A stretch of DNA of 64,000 nt from Candidatus Poribacteria bacterium (GTDB lineage: Bacteria; Poribacteria; WGA-4E; PCPOR2b): positions 4,960,001 to 5,024,000 of the forward strand of contig OZ220744.1 in assembly GCA_965116925.1 (NCBI GenBank), read 5' to 3'. The notes below the pieces were generated by a model, which did not search any database, was not told the origin of the DNA, and was given only the letters and a program-made list of their open reading frames with translations. Of this stretch, positions 42,868-53,241 are shown one piece after another (the stretch's first letter is position 1; each line of letters opens with the position of its first letter). The position numbers and the translations under genes were made by a program.

Positions 42868-45585
42868 GTGGCAATTCGACATTTCAAGACAAGCATTTCT
42901 CTGATTGCGATCCTGTTATTGTTGAGCGGTTGTTCGATCTTCAGTCGAGGCCAATCCGGTGAAAAGGTAATTGTCGATCCGCTGATCGAACGAAACAAGG
43001 CATGGCGCGAACAGGTCGAGGCGGGAAATCTGGCACTCCAAGATGGGGACTTGACGGGTGCCCTCGAAGCCTACCAAGCCGCACTGACGATCAAACCGAG
43101 GACTAGTCAGATTCAATTCCAGATCGCCAAGCTGTACTTCCAACAGGAGGCGTACGAAAAAGCGAGGGACGCCTTCGCCGCCACAGTAACGCTTGATCCC
43201 AAGAATATGGATGCGCGCAATTCTTTGGGCTACATCTATGAGCAACTGAACAACTATGAAGCTGCAGCACAGGTTTACGAGGATACTGTGAATGTTGAGC
43301 CGCATAACCTGTACGCCCTCAACCATCTCGGTTTGGCTTACAAGCAACTGGGTAGACTCGACGATGCTGAACGGATTTTACGAAAAGCGGTGGAGATTGA
43401 TCCAAAATCTGCACGACCTGACAGCAAGAATCTGCGTAACTATCTCGCCTTGATTTACTTAGAAAAAGGGGATATCGGTGAAGCCATCGCCGAATTTAGG
43501 GAGTCGATCCGGCTTTTCCCGAAAGATATCTGGTCCCGTCAAAACCTTGCTTCTCTCTACGAAGCGCATGGACGTTACTACGAAGCGCAGCTCCAGTACA
43601 ATAAAATTCTGGAGATAGATCCGCAGAATCTCCTCGCTCCGACACGCCTCCAAGCACTTGCACAGTTAGACCGATCTATCTCAGTATCTATTGAAATTCC
43701 GCCTGTGGATCTCATCGACATTGACATTGAAGCGGTCATCGCTGCCGCCCCTGATGCGGCGGATTACCCTGATGCTGATGCAATCATCCTGCTCAACCAG
43801 TTTAGTCACGAAGTCACCCCGTCGGGTAAATCCCGCTACACTACCCATCAGGTGGTCAAGATTCTGACGGAGAGAGGGGTGCAGAACTATGATGACATCG
43901 CTATCCCGCACACCCCCAAGGCACAATATATCACCGCCAACGTCGCGCGGACCATCACCCCCGATGGTTCCATTATTGAGCCGCCGGAGGAGGCGTTCAA
44001 CGATGTGACACCGCCGGGACTGCTCTCCTACAACCTCTATTCCGATTCGATGTGGCGAGTTATCTCAATGCCCGCCCTCAAACCGGGGGTATGTATTGAG
44101 TATCAGGTTACGCTTGAAGATGCAGGAGCGGAGTCGGTTGGGAGCACCTCGTGGTTTTGGGGTGGCTACAGTTTTCAATCTACAGATCCAACCCTGCAAT
44201 CCGCCTATGCCTTGCGTGTACCCAAAGGGACAGACTTCAAGTGGAAGGCGATTCATTGCCAACTTAATCCTCAGATACTACACGAAGAGGAAAGCAGCAC
44301 ATATCTCTGGACCTACGGCGAAACACCCGCGCTCAAGACGGAGTACAATATGCCGGCGACCAACGATATTGTGCCACGTTTGAGTTATTCATCTGTAGAA
44401 TCTTGGGAAGCCGTTTACAATTGGTACAAAGATATCGCAAAGGACCGATACACCGTTGATCAGGCGATTGAGGAAAAGGTCGAGGCACTCACCGCAGATC
44501 TTCTCACAGAGGACGACAAAATTCGAGCAATATACCACTTTGTGGCATCACGGATTCGCTATGTGGGGATTGAACTGGGGCAAGGTGCGTATCAGCCCAC
44601 GCCCGCGGATCAGGTGATCAGTGTCCTATACGGCGATTGTAAAGACAAAACCACCTTGATGATTGCGATGCTTGATCTGGTCGGTATTGAGGCGTTTCCG
44701 GTGATGCTAAATCCTGCGCCGTATCAACACATCGATCTTGAACTCCCATCGCTCGGACAGTTTAGCCATCTGATTGGTGCGGTTCCACGTGACGACGGCA
44801 ACTATATTTGGCTCGATCCGACTGCCGATACCTGCAGCTATGGCGATCTCCCCGCACGGAATAGGGGGCGCACAGGGTTTATCATCCGAAGCGAGCGGGG
44901 CGAGTTTGTTGATATTCCTATCTCTACACCGGAATCCAATCAGTTAATCATTGACACAACAATCGCACTAACAGAAGATGGGACGGTTCAGGGGACCATG
45001 CGGGTTGATACCCTTGGGCAATACAATATCGAAGCGCGGTTGGAGTACAAGCAGCTGTCGCCGAGTGTGTGGAAGGATACCCTTGCTGTTGGGCTTAGTA
45101 AGCAATTTCCAGGCGTCCAAATTGATGCGGTGCAGATTTCCGATTTGGAGGATCTCAACGTACCGGTACAGCTCAAGGTTGCTCTTACCGCCGAGAATTA
45201 CGCTGAGCCAATCGATAATCGCTTGGTGTTTCCGTTGCCAAGCGATGAGTTTTCAGACTATGCGGAGATTTTTGCAGCGGTTGAACGTCAACATCCACTC
45301 GATCTAAGTTACCCAATGCAGATGAAGAAAACAATCCGGATTGCGCTGCCGGAGGGGTGGACGGCAGCCTTCCCGCAAGATGTGCGTCTGGAAAATCGCT
45401 TTGCTAGGATGGAACGACAGTATAAACTGGAAGGAAATCAGATTCATTATGAAATCAATTTCACTATCAAGGAGTCAATTATTCCACCCGAAGACTATCC
45501 CGCAGCGAAACGTTTTTTCGATATACTAGTGCGGGAGGATCGAACGCAACTCATCTTGGAGAAACGCCCCAAACCTAAAACGTAA
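42868..45585 (+). CDS. TPR + DUF3857 + transglutaminase-like lipoprotein
   Basis: LSGC lipobox; N-terminal TPRs; IRYVGI, GDCKDK, FSH and WLDPT (Cys-His-Asp triad). Confidence 0.88.
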   Translation: MAIRHFKTSISLIAILLLLSGCSIFSRGQSGEKVIVDPLIERNKAWREQVEAGNLALQDGDLTGALEAYQAALTIKPRTSQIQFQIAKLYFQQEAYEKARDAFAATVTLDPKNMDARNSLGYIYEQLNNYEAAAQVYEDTVNVEPHNLYALNHLGLAYKQLGRLDDAERILRKAVEIDPKSARPDSKNLRNYLALIYLEKGDIGEAIAEFRESIRLFPKDIWSRQNLASLYEAHGRYYEAQLQYNKILEIDPQNLLAPTRLQALAQLDRSISVSIEIPPVDLIDIDIEAVIAAAPDAADYPDADAIILLNQFSHEVTPSGKSRYTTHQVVKILTERGVQNYDDIAIPHTPKAQYITANVARTITPDGSIIEPPEEAFNDVTPPGLLSYNLYSDSMWRVISMPALKPGVCIEYQVTLEDAGAESVGSTSWFWGGYSFQSTDPTLQSAYALRVPKGTDFKWKAIHCQLNPQILHEEESSTYLWTYGETPALKTEYNMPATNDIVPRLSYSSVESWEAVYNWYKDIAKDRYTVDQAIEEKVEALTADLLTEDDKIRAIYHFVASRIRYVGIELGQGAYQPTPADQVISVLYGDCKDKTTLMIAMLDLVGIEAFPVMLNPAPYQHIDLELPSLGQFSHLIGAVPRDDGNYIWLDPTADTCSYGDLPARNRGRTGFIIRSERGEFVDIPISTPESNQLIIDTTIALTEDGTVQGTMRVDTLGQYNIEARLEYKQLSPSVWKDTLAVGLSKQFPGVQIDAVQISDLEDLNVPVQLKVALTAENYAEPIDNRLVFPLPSDEFSDYAEIFAAVERQHPLDLSYPMQMKKTIRIALPEGWTAAFPQDVRLENRFARMERQYKLEGNQIHYEINFTIKESIIPPEDYPAAKRFFDILVREDRTQLILEKRPKPKT

Positions 45586-45607
45586 ACAACAAAATGGAGA
45601 TTTCATA

Positions 45608-45997
45608 ATGAACACATCATTTAAACGACCCTACAGACCTGTAGATCTAAACGAACCGATGACTAAGGCGTTTCCGCTTATGTCAATGTCTGAAAAGCTG
45701 ATGGCTGAAGCGAACTCTGCCACGTCAGGACGTGCCTCATTAACGCTGGCTCACGGGGAGGAAATGACCCTCGTGCTGGTTGCCCTCAAAGCGGGTACTA
45801 CACTTGAAGAGCATCAAGCACCTGCCGCCGCCACCGTTATTACGCTTAGTGGAGACATCATATTTACAACAAGTGCTGAGAAGATCACGTTGGAACAGGG
45901 TGAGGCGGTTACCTTCACGGCGGACAGCCTACACGCTGTCTATGCCGCCGAAGATAGTGCATTCCTTATCGTTATTGGCGGGACAGGTACTGATTGA
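45608..45997 (+). CDS. cupin-domain protein
   Basis: L..G..L.EH.AP and LHAV.A.EDSAFL motifs. Confidence 0.8.
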   Translation: MNTSFKRPYRPVDLNEPMTKAFPLMSMSEKLMAEANSATSGRASLTLAHGEEMTLVLVALKAGTTLEEHQAPAAATVITLSGDIIFTTSAEKITLEQGEAVTFTADSLHAVYAAEDSAFLIVIGGTGTD

Positions 45998-46040
45998 GAG
46001 ACAGAAAAACAGCGAATTGCACAAAGAAAGGATACCCTTT

Positions 46041-46763
46041 ATGACGACAAAAGATTGGAAATTTTTAGCCGAACAGTTAGATAGAGAACTCGGCTTGAAG
46101 CACACACCCATCGCTATCACATTTTCTAACGAAGCCCCTCAAGGTGTGTCTGCCCATGAGGGTGAGGTGCCAGCTCCGACGCCCGATGGTCGGAGCGGCA
46201 GGGTTTCGGCGGGATGCGTCTTTTGGAAGGAGGCTATCGATCAGACGTTTACGACGGTGCCGGAAGACCACTATAACTGTAGTGTTGGGAGTGTTACACA
46301 CGGCTTAAAAACGTTGGAAGAGGTCATGAATAACGCGGATGTCGGTGCCATTGTGGAAGTGGGGTGGGTGTCTCCCGAAGAAGCGATGCAGCTTCCATTT
46401 GTAGCAGATCGTCCGAACTACATCACCTATGGTCCCTTAGCAGATACCCCCATTGACCCCGATGTGATACTTTTGCGGGTAAACGGTTTCCAAGCGATGG
46501 TTATCCATGACGGATTTAGCGATACGGTTTTCGTTGGTAAACCGCAATGCCACATCATCCCGATCTCGAAAGAGCAGGGAAAACTCGCTATTAGTACGGG
46601 GTGTATGTTGAGTAGAGTACGGACAGGGATGCCACCGGATGAAATGACATGTACAATTCCGTCGGAACGATTGGAAGAAGTTGTCGAAAAGTTGAAAGCT
46701 AGGCGGGAAGCAAATGCAGCGGTTGCGGCTTACGCCAATGAGGATATGCGTCGATTCGCCTAA
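46041..46763 (+). CDS. DUF169 family protein
   Basis: PIAI.F, AGCVFW, HYNCSVG, Y.PL....DPDV, GKPQC and STGC.LSRVRTG motifs; ATG after AGAAAGGA. Confidence 0.78.
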   Translation: MTTKDWKFLAEQLDRELGLKHTPIAITFSNEAPQGVSAHEGEVPAPTPDGRSGRVSAGCVFWKEAIDQTFTTVPEDHYNCSVGSVTHGLKTLEEVMNNADVGAIVEVGWVSPEEAMQLPFVADRPNYITYGPLADTPIDPDVILLRVNGFQAMVIHDGFSDTVFVGKPQCHIIPISKEQGKLAISTGCMLSRVRTGMPPDEMTCTIPSERLEEVVEKLKARREANAAVAAYANEDMRRFA

Positions 46764-46768
46764 TCCCG

Positions 46769-47812
46769 CTAAACGGGAACCCCAACACTTTGAGCAGTCT
46801 CAACGAGACGTTCCCATGTTGTGTCATCGAGTGGGATGCCCTCTGCCAAACGGTGTTGGCGGGTATGCGCGGAGCGTTCACCGGGGATCGAAATTTCATC
46901 GAAACCGGGGGCGGTTGAGGAGGCTTTAACGAAATCTATCATCTGTGAAACGTGCGCTTCAAAATCCACAATCTCTGTGAATTTCTCAATGTCGATGACG
47001 ATGATAAGGAAAGCGTTACCGACACCGGGCGATGATGACCGACTGCAACCGGCTTCGCACATCGCGCCGGCGAGAATATCCGTCAACATGCTTAGTCCAT
47101 AACCTTTGTGACCTGCGATGTCACCGAATGGGAGTAAGGCACCTTGCGGATGTTCGAGGTATGCGTTGGGATCGGTGCTTGGGGCCCCATCAGCGTCGAG
47201 AATCCAACCTTCGGGCAACGGTTCGCCGCGACTGCGATACGCCCGAATTTTCCCACCGGCAACGATGCTGGTGGTGAGATCGATGACCATTGGGCTGTCC
47301 TTCCCTGTAGGGAGGGCACACGCAAAGGGATTGGTGCTGAGTCGCCGGTCGGTGCCGCCCCACGGTGCAACGCCGTGGTCCCCACCATGTCCGTTAAGAA
47401 ACAGCAAGCCGATCATCTTCGCTTCGGCTGCCATCATCACATAGTCGGCAAGCCGCCCAATGTGGTTGCAATTGTAGACATTTACTGTGCTGATGGTCTG
47501 TTCTCTCGCTTTTGCAATGGCGACCTCCATCGCTTGCGTGGCGATGAATTGCCCCAGTCCGTTATGCCCATCAATGGTCGCACTGGAGGGGGTTTCGCTG
47601 ACAATCTCAATCTCCACATCTGGATCGATTGCCTTATTCTGGATGCTCAGAACATATTGCGGTAGGCGCAAGACACCGTGTGAATCGTGTCCGGCAAGAT
47701 TGGACTCGATGAGCAGGTTCGCGATCGTTTGGGCTTTGTCTGCTTTGAGCCCTATGGCGGCAAAGATATTGATGCTGATGGTTCTGAGGTGGGCGGCGGG
47801 AATCAGAGGCAT
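46769..47812 (-). CDS. Ldh_2 (malate/L-lactate/ureidoglycolate dehydrogenase) family oxidoreductase
   Basis: GHDSHG, HIGRL, TNPF, GHKGYGL and PGE motifs. Confidence 0.9.
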   Translation of the reverse strand: MPLIPAAHLRTISINIFAAIGLKADKAQTIANLLIESNLAGHDSHGVLRLPQYVLSIQNKAIDPDVEIEIVSETPSSATIDGHNGLGQFIATQAMEVAIAKAREQTISTVNVYNCNHIGRLADYVMMAAEAKMIGLLFLNGHGGDHGVAPWGGTDRRLSTNPFACALPTGKDSPMVIDLTTSIVAGGKIRAYRSRGEPLPEGWILDADGAPSTDPNAYLEHPQGALLPFGDIAGHKGYGLSMLTDILAGAMCEAGCSRSSSPGVGNAFLIIVIDIEKFTEIVDFEAHVSQMIDFVKASSTAPGFDEISIPGERSAHTRQHRLAEGIPLDDTTWERLVETAQSVGVPV

Positions 47813-48879
47813 TAGTTGATGGCTTCGTAGAAGAAATTCCGTTGTTTTGGAACGAACCCTAACTCAGAGATTGTGCGCTCAATTTCTTCGATGGGCATAC
47901 AGTAGACCGTTCCCGCCTTGCTGACGACGTTCTCTTCGATCATCGTACCACCCATATCGTTTGCTCCAAACTTGAGCGACATTTGACCGATTTTCGGTCC
48001 TTGGGTGACCCATGACGATTGGAAGTTATCAAAGTTGTCGAGCATCAGTCGAGAGATTGCAAGGGTCTTAAGATATTCAAAGCTGCCTGCGGGGGGGATA
48101 TGTTCAAGGCGCGTGTTCTTGGGTTGGAGTGACCAGCAGATAAAGGCTGTGAAGCCGCCTGTTTCGTCTTGCAGTTCACGCAGGCGGAGGAGATGCTCCA
48201 CACGCTCACCATAGCTTTCGACGTGCCCGTACATCATCGTTGCGCTCGAACGCAAGCCCACGTAGTGACCTTGCCGCATTACCTCTAACCACTCATCCGA
48301 TGTACATTTTTTCGGACTGATTTCGTCACGGGCGTGGTCGGTCAAGATCTCTGCGCCGCCGCCGGGAATGGAATCTAAGCCGGCATCGCGTAAACGGGTT
48401 AAGGTCTCTTTGAGGGAGAGTCGGTTGATTTTAGCGAACCAATCAAGTTCTGGTGGGGAGAAACCGTGAATATGGATTTTATAATTTGCTTTGATCCACT
48501 GGAGAAGGTCTTCGTACCAGTCAAGTTTCAGTTTGGGGTGTAGCCCACCCTGCATGAGGATAAGTACACCGCCGAGGTCAATTGTCTCTTGGATTTTATT
48601 TCCCAACTCCTCCTTGGACATCACATAAGCATCCGGATCGGTTTTGTGTCGGTAGAAGGCACAAAAATCGCAATCGACATAGCACCAGTTTGTGTAGTTG
48701 ATATTGCGATCAACGATATAGGTGATCTGTCCTTCTGGGTGCTTCCGTTGCCGAATTGCATCGGCAGCTGCGCCAATTGACAGGAGGTCATGACTTTTGA
48801 AAAGGGTCAACCCATCATCAAAATCTAGGCGTTCGCCGGCTAATATCTTCTCCAAAATCGGTTGAATGGTTGCATCCAT
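47812..48879 (-). CDS. mqnC: cyclic dehypoxanthinyl futalosine synthase (radical SAM)
   Basis: DRNINYTN.C...C.FCAFY, LMQGGLHP, PGGGAEIL, QSSWVTQG and EENVV motifs. Confidence 0.92.
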   Translation of the reverse strand: MDATIQPILEKILAGERLDFDDGLTLFKSHDLLSIGAAADAIRQRKHPEGQITYIVDRNINYTNWCYVDCDFCAFYRHKTDPDAYVMSKEELGNKIQETIDLGGVLILMQGGLHPKLKLDWYEDLLQWIKANYKIHIHGFSPPELDWFAKINRLSLKETLTRLRDAGLDSIPGGGAEILTDHARDEISPKKCTSDEWLEVMRQGHYVGLRSSATMMYGHVESYGERVEHLLRLRELQDETGGFTAFICWSLQPKNTRLEHIPPAGSFEYLKTLAISRLMLDNFDNFQSSWVTQGPKIGQMSLKFGANDMGGTMIEENVVSKAGTVYCMPIEEIERTISELGFVPKQRNFFYEAIN

Positions 48880-48995
48880 ATATCTTAATTTCCTCGTTTC
48901 GATGGAACGTGTTGTATTTGCGGGTTCTGATGATTATCAAAATAATTATATCACGATTGTCGGAAAGTGACAACCGAAAAACCCGATGGCTCCAG

Positions 48996-50501
48996 CTAGT
49001 TGCCTTTCCTGAATACGCCGCGTAGCGTTTGGATCAGGGTGCCTTCGGCAAGCCACTTTCCAGCAACGCGCCAAACGATGCTCGAAAACGTCGGATAAAC
49101 ATGGATGATCCCTGCCAGCTTCCTTAATGGGATACCGGCGTTCATTGCCAAAACAAACTCGTGGATAACCTCGCCCGCATTTGGTCCGACTAGGTGGACA
49201 CCTAAAATTTTGCCCTTCCAGCGGGTTGCAATAACCTTGATAAACCCTTTCGTTTCTCCTTCAGCGACCGCCCGATCGACATCGTGTAGATCCACCCTGA
49301 AAACATCGATCTTCCCATGTTTTTCACGCGCCTCTGCTTCGGTCAAACCGCACCGAGCAACCTCCGGATCGCAGAACGTGGTCCAAGGGACGACGGAATA
49401 ATTTATGGCACTAGAACCGGGGAAGAATATATTCCGGACAATCTGTGTCGCTTGAAACGCTGCCACATGCGTGAAGAGGTAATGCCCGACCACATCGCCG
49501 GCAGCGTAGATATTTTTGACAGTTGTTTGCAACTTATTGTTGACCTCAATCCCCTGTTTTCCAATCTTGACACCGATCTTCTCCAGTCCCAGCCCCTCGA
49601 TGTTCGGCTTCCGTCCCGCCGCAATCAGGAGCCGATCAACGACGATTTCGCTTTCATTTCCTGTATCTGCTGCTTTGAGTTGGACCCGATACTCCTTCGA
49701 TGGCGTGGTATTTTGCGGTTCCCAGACCGCTATATCCGGATTGAGCTCTTCGTTAAGTGGAGTTTTTATCTGTTCGACCCGAACAGGATTGGTATTTAAT
49801 AGGATTTCAATCCCATCTTCTTGAAGATAACTCAACATTTTCTCCGAGACTTCGGTGTCCTCTTTCGTTAAAATTCGATCGCTGCGTTGCACAATTGTCA
49901 CTTTCGCGCCCAGACGGTGAAATGCCTGTCCGAGTTCAATCCCGATGGGACCGGCGCCTATCACCAATAGCCTCTCAGGTAATTGATCCAATTCCCAAAT
50001 ATTTTCGCTGTCCAGATAATCACCCGAATCCATTCCAGGGATATCGGGTGCAGTTGGACGGGAGCCGGTTGTAATGACAAATTTTTTGCTCTTGAGCGTG
50101 AGGGTTTGGTCGTTCTCCGTATCTTGCACCACAAAAGTTGTCGGCGACTCGAAGTGCCCTTCCCCAAAGATAACATCTACACCCATTTCGCGGAATCGTT
50201 CAGGGTTATCATGCTCTTCCTCAATGATGTGTTGGGTGCTACGGACATACGCCATGACGCGCCCAAAATCTACCTGACCGTCTTTCACAAGGAGGCCGTA
50301 TTTTTCAGCTTCTTTGATGTAATAGGCAATTTTTGCTGACTTTAGGAGGGCTTTCGATGGAACACACCCTGTCCAGAGGCAATCGCCTCCCAGTCGATGC
50401 TTCTCGACGAGGGCTGTTTTGGCCCCTAGCTTTGCACCTGCCACCGCGAGGACAAGTCCTGCGCTTCCGCCACCGATGATGGTTAGATCATATTCGTTCA
50501 T
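48996..50501 (-). CDS. FAD-dependent pyridine nucleotide-disulfide oxidoreductase (mercuric reductase/dihydrolipoamide dehydrogenase-like)
   Basis: GGGSAG, GGDCLWTGCVPSK, GAGPIG, AAGDV and HVYPT motifs; no C-terminal Cys-Cys. Confidence 0.9.
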   Translation of the reverse strand: MNEYDLTIIGGGSAGLVLAVAGAKLGAKTALVEKHRLGGDCLWTGCVPSKALLKSAKIAYYIKEAEKYGLLVKDGQVDFGRVMAYVRSTQHIIEEEHDNPERFREMGVDVIFGEGHFESPTTFVVQDTENDQTLTLKSKKFVITTGSRPTAPDIPGMDSGDYLDSENIWELDQLPERLLVIGAGPIGIELGQAFHRLGAKVTIVQRSDRILTKEDTEVSEKMLSYLQEDGIEILLNTNPVRVEQIKTPLNEELNPDIAVWEPQNTTPSKEYRVQLKAADTGNESEIVVDRLLIAAGRKPNIEGLGLEKIGVKIGKQGIEVNNKLQTTVKNIYAAGDVVGHYLFTHVAAFQATQIVRNIFFPGSSAINYSVVPWTTFCDPEVARCGLTEAEAREKHGKIDVFRVDLHDVDRAVAEGETKGFIKVIATRWKGKILGVHLVGPNAGEVIHEFVLAMNAGIPLRKLAGIIHVYPTFSSIVWRVAGKWLAEGTLIQTLRGVFRKGN

Positions 50502-50513
50502 TTGGGTCGCGCC

Positions 50514-50996
50514 TCACCTCCGGCTTTTTGATTTAATCTGTCCCCACAGAGTGAGACGTTTTTCTTTCGGTTCAACTGCCACTGTCATTTCAATTGGATA
50601 GCCCGCGTCCCGCCATCCAGGAAACCCGCCTAGGAGCACCTTTATTCGCTCCGGGGGAAACCCAAACTCGTCTATTAACATTTGTGCCGCACCGGCACTT
50701 GTGGCTTCCGCCGGTCAGCTTCAGTATAAAACAATTAACCCTTCGGCGGGAAGTGTTTGGTGTCTCGTTTCAATCCCATCCGGAAATGGCATTGAGATGG
50801 CTCCGGGAATGTGTCCGAAGTTGAAATGAATCTGGCCACGCACATCAACCAGAGTTACCTTCTCTTTGGCATCTAATAGACGCTTAAGTTCTTTCGCGTC
50901 AATCCGCTCCGCTTGAGCGGCAAATACCTGAACGAGTAATTGCTGCTGAAGGAACAACACAATTATCCAAACAACGACTCTATTCAATCTTTGCAT
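50514..50996 (-). CDS. exported rhodanese-domain protein with two in-frame UGA codons (probable Sec92 and Sec94)
   Basis: AAGGAGG-ATG at 50996; signal peptide; LVDVR, GHIPGA, IVLY-TGA-AGC-TGA-PAEATSA...LLGGFPGWRDAGYP...AVEPKEKRLTLWGQIK; 160 aa in a single frame. Confidence 0.8.
50691..50715 (-). promoter_or_regulatory. putative bacterial SECIS hairpin
   Basis: ACCGGC-GGAAGCCACAAGT-GCCGGT, starting at the last base of the second UGA. Confidence 0.5.
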
Positions 50997-51180
50997 CGGT
51001 TTGCCTCCTTGGTTGTGAATCGGTTTCAATTGTTCGCTATCCCTCACGCCACGGCGGTACTGTCCATGTATTGAACCAATTCCATTTCCACAGCACTTTC
51101 TTTGCCGGCATTTCCAATTCGTACTTGATACCAGCGGTAAAGGGTAGCAGCTTGGTTCTGTTGCCTACGGTTTCACGGAT

Positions 51181-51519
51181 CTATTCGATGAAGCTTAAGA
51201 CATCGGTGTTCTTGTGGATGGCAACGGATTTCCCGAAATTGTCGCCAGCCTCAGCATCATCAGCGGTGAGTTTTGCCTGCTGTATCCATGCCCTTCTATC
51301 ACGCACGAATATGCACGCAGATCCCGCCTTTTCTCCGCCCATATGAGTGTCAAGATGTGCGTCGACGATAGCAATGCCCTCACTGATGGAGACAGAAAAT
51401 GCAAACCATTCACCCTGCTGTCTATCGTCCGGTACAATTTCGACTTCGGCGGCGTAGATAATAGCCACCGTTCCGGTTCCTAAAATCAGACAAACCATAC
51501 AAATAGGTAAGGTTTTCAT
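51181..51519 (-). pseudogene. truncated FG-GAP-repeat secreted protein
   Basis: Signal peptide, F.FSVSIS, AGSA.IF, WIQQAKLTADD...GDNFG.SVAI; stops after about 1.5 repeats. Confidence 0.6.
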
Positions 51520-51816
51520 CGAGAACTCCTTTTAATGTAGGTGCCCATTGGGTTCAAGCACATTTTTGCAACCGGTGCTGTCAGTAATCAAAATATATCA
51601 TATCACGGTCTTAACTCCCTTTTCAAGGGTATATTTCGGCGGCAGTAAAGGCTCGGAACTACTCGCTGTGATGGTTGAGCACTAGGGTTAATTGGTTGAT
51701 GCGGTTTTCAATCGACAGTGCGGACCAACTGTTTTACGAACAGGAGCGTGGAAGGTAACACCGTTCCTAAAAGGGGATAAAGGAAAAATTGGAGTTATTT
51801 GGAATGAAGGACTTTG

Positions 51817-53241
51817 TTAATCATTTTCCGCCCCTATCTTTGCCGCAACAGTATATGCCCACCAAGGTCCCGAACTTCGACCAAGAAACGTAGCCCAATA
51901 CCATGCAGAGACATCGCTCCAACACTTGCCATCAGCATCGACAATTTGCTCGTAAACACGAAGGGTTTGATCCGAACGCCGTGCCCGGAAGCTGCCCCAA
52001 TGTGAATCATCAGCATCAATGTACATTGGGGCAGGTTCAATTGTGTAACCGATACCACGAAAACAGTCCGAGGCGGGATGGAGTTTCCGCGTCGCTTGCG
52101 TTACCCACCGTATCACTATTTCACGCTCACCGTTGGTGAAACGTCCTAACATGCCCGGAAATCCTTTGCCAAATGCTTGTTCTCTATCCGATAACGGCAA
52201 GGGTTGTATCGGCTGATTGTTAAATGTTTTCGGCCAGCCGGGAAACTGTGTTAGGTCATACACTGTATGCTTTGCAGGGGTAATTGCCGGCATTAAAGCG
52301 GCAAGGCTGCAGAGAATGACAAATACAACACGCGATGCCTGACGCGTGAAGCGTGAGATGTGGAACGTAAAATATGTCTGTCGTATTTTGCTGATTCGTC
52401 TCTCCGTCCATTCATCGATTTCTGTTCTTTCTCGAATACACTGAAGACTATACACGATCGCTGCTGCCGTGAACGCGAAAACAACCAGACCGATACCGCT
52501 GTGCCACCATGAAGGGGTCTCCAGAATTTCCGCTTCAATATAGAACAGGCTTGATGCTCTCAATACATTGCCGAGCAAGACAGCGATTATACCAATCGCG
52601 ACCGATGCCGTAAGCCTTAGCCATCCGAAACCGTAATAGGCTGCAAGGGTAAATGTCACAAACAGACCTGCCCACAGCATTCGTACGCCGCTGCATGGCG
52701 CATCGTATTGTATCATCTGGTCATTCCACACGAGCGCGGTGCCCGTTTGATCAACGGCAAGGCCGCCGAGCTTGAGAATCGGTACAGTCAACTTACCAGC
52801 GATAACTCGCGCCGGATAACCCAGATAGAATTGCATGGTAGAAGCAACTGGCAAAGCCAGCAGAAAGAGTGCCCATACAGACAACTGTGGCAATCGCCCG
52901 AAATACAAGAGATGCAGCGTCGTTCCTAAAGCGGTCACAGCGAAGGCTGCACGAATCAGCGGTGGAACAAAAGGATACAAACACACGTAGAGACCAACAA
53001 ACAGAATGACGGGTATTAAAGGGAGGTACGCCCTTTGCGGTATTCTCGGCTGCGTACACAGTAAGGCAGATGCAGTGATGAGAATCAGGAGGCCGAATAG
53101 GTCCGCTGGCGATTCCCACACACGATTCACATACCATGTCCATACGCGCCAGAATGCAATAATCTGCAAGGCGATTACGCCGATATGCCAGATGATGACC
53201 GTGCGCTGACGTGATGATTTTGGTGTCGAAGTGTGAACCAT
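51817..53241 (-). CDS. exosortase/archaeosortase-family transpeptidase (XrtQ-like) fused to a C-terminal soluble domain; start uncertain
   Basis: Multi-TM; PCSG, GNVLR and WWH (Cys-Arg-His triad); C-terminal TRKLHPASDCFRG.GY domain. Confidence 0.82.
   Translation of the reverse strand: MVHTSTPKSSRQRTVIIWHIGVIALQIIAFWRVWTWYVNRVWESPADLFGLLILITASALLCTQPRIPQRAYLPLIPVILFVGLYVCLYPFVPPLIRAAFAVTALGTTLHLLYFGRLPQLSVWALFLLALPVASTMQFYLGYPARVIAGKLTVPILKLGGLAVDQTGTALVWNDQMIQYDAPCSGVRMLWAGLFVTFTLAAYYGFGWLRLTASVAIGIIAVLLGNVLRASSLFYIEAEILETPSWWHSGIGLVVFAFTAAAIVYSLQCIRERTEIDEWTERRISKIRQTYFTFHISRFTRQASRVVFVILCSLAALMPAITPAKHTVYDLTQFPGWPKTFNNQPIQPLPLSDREQAFGKGFPGMLGRFTNGEREIVIRWVTQATRKLHPASDCFRGIGYTIEPAPMYIDADDSHWGSFRARRSDQTLRVYEQIVDADGKCWSDVSAWYWATFLGRSSGPWWAYTVAAKIGAEND

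Noticed and set aside
48996..50501. Calling the reductase merA or lpdA
   Set aside because: No C-terminal Cys-Cys, no mer operon, and no HPTxxE catalytic dyad or 2-oxoacid dehydrogenase neighbours.
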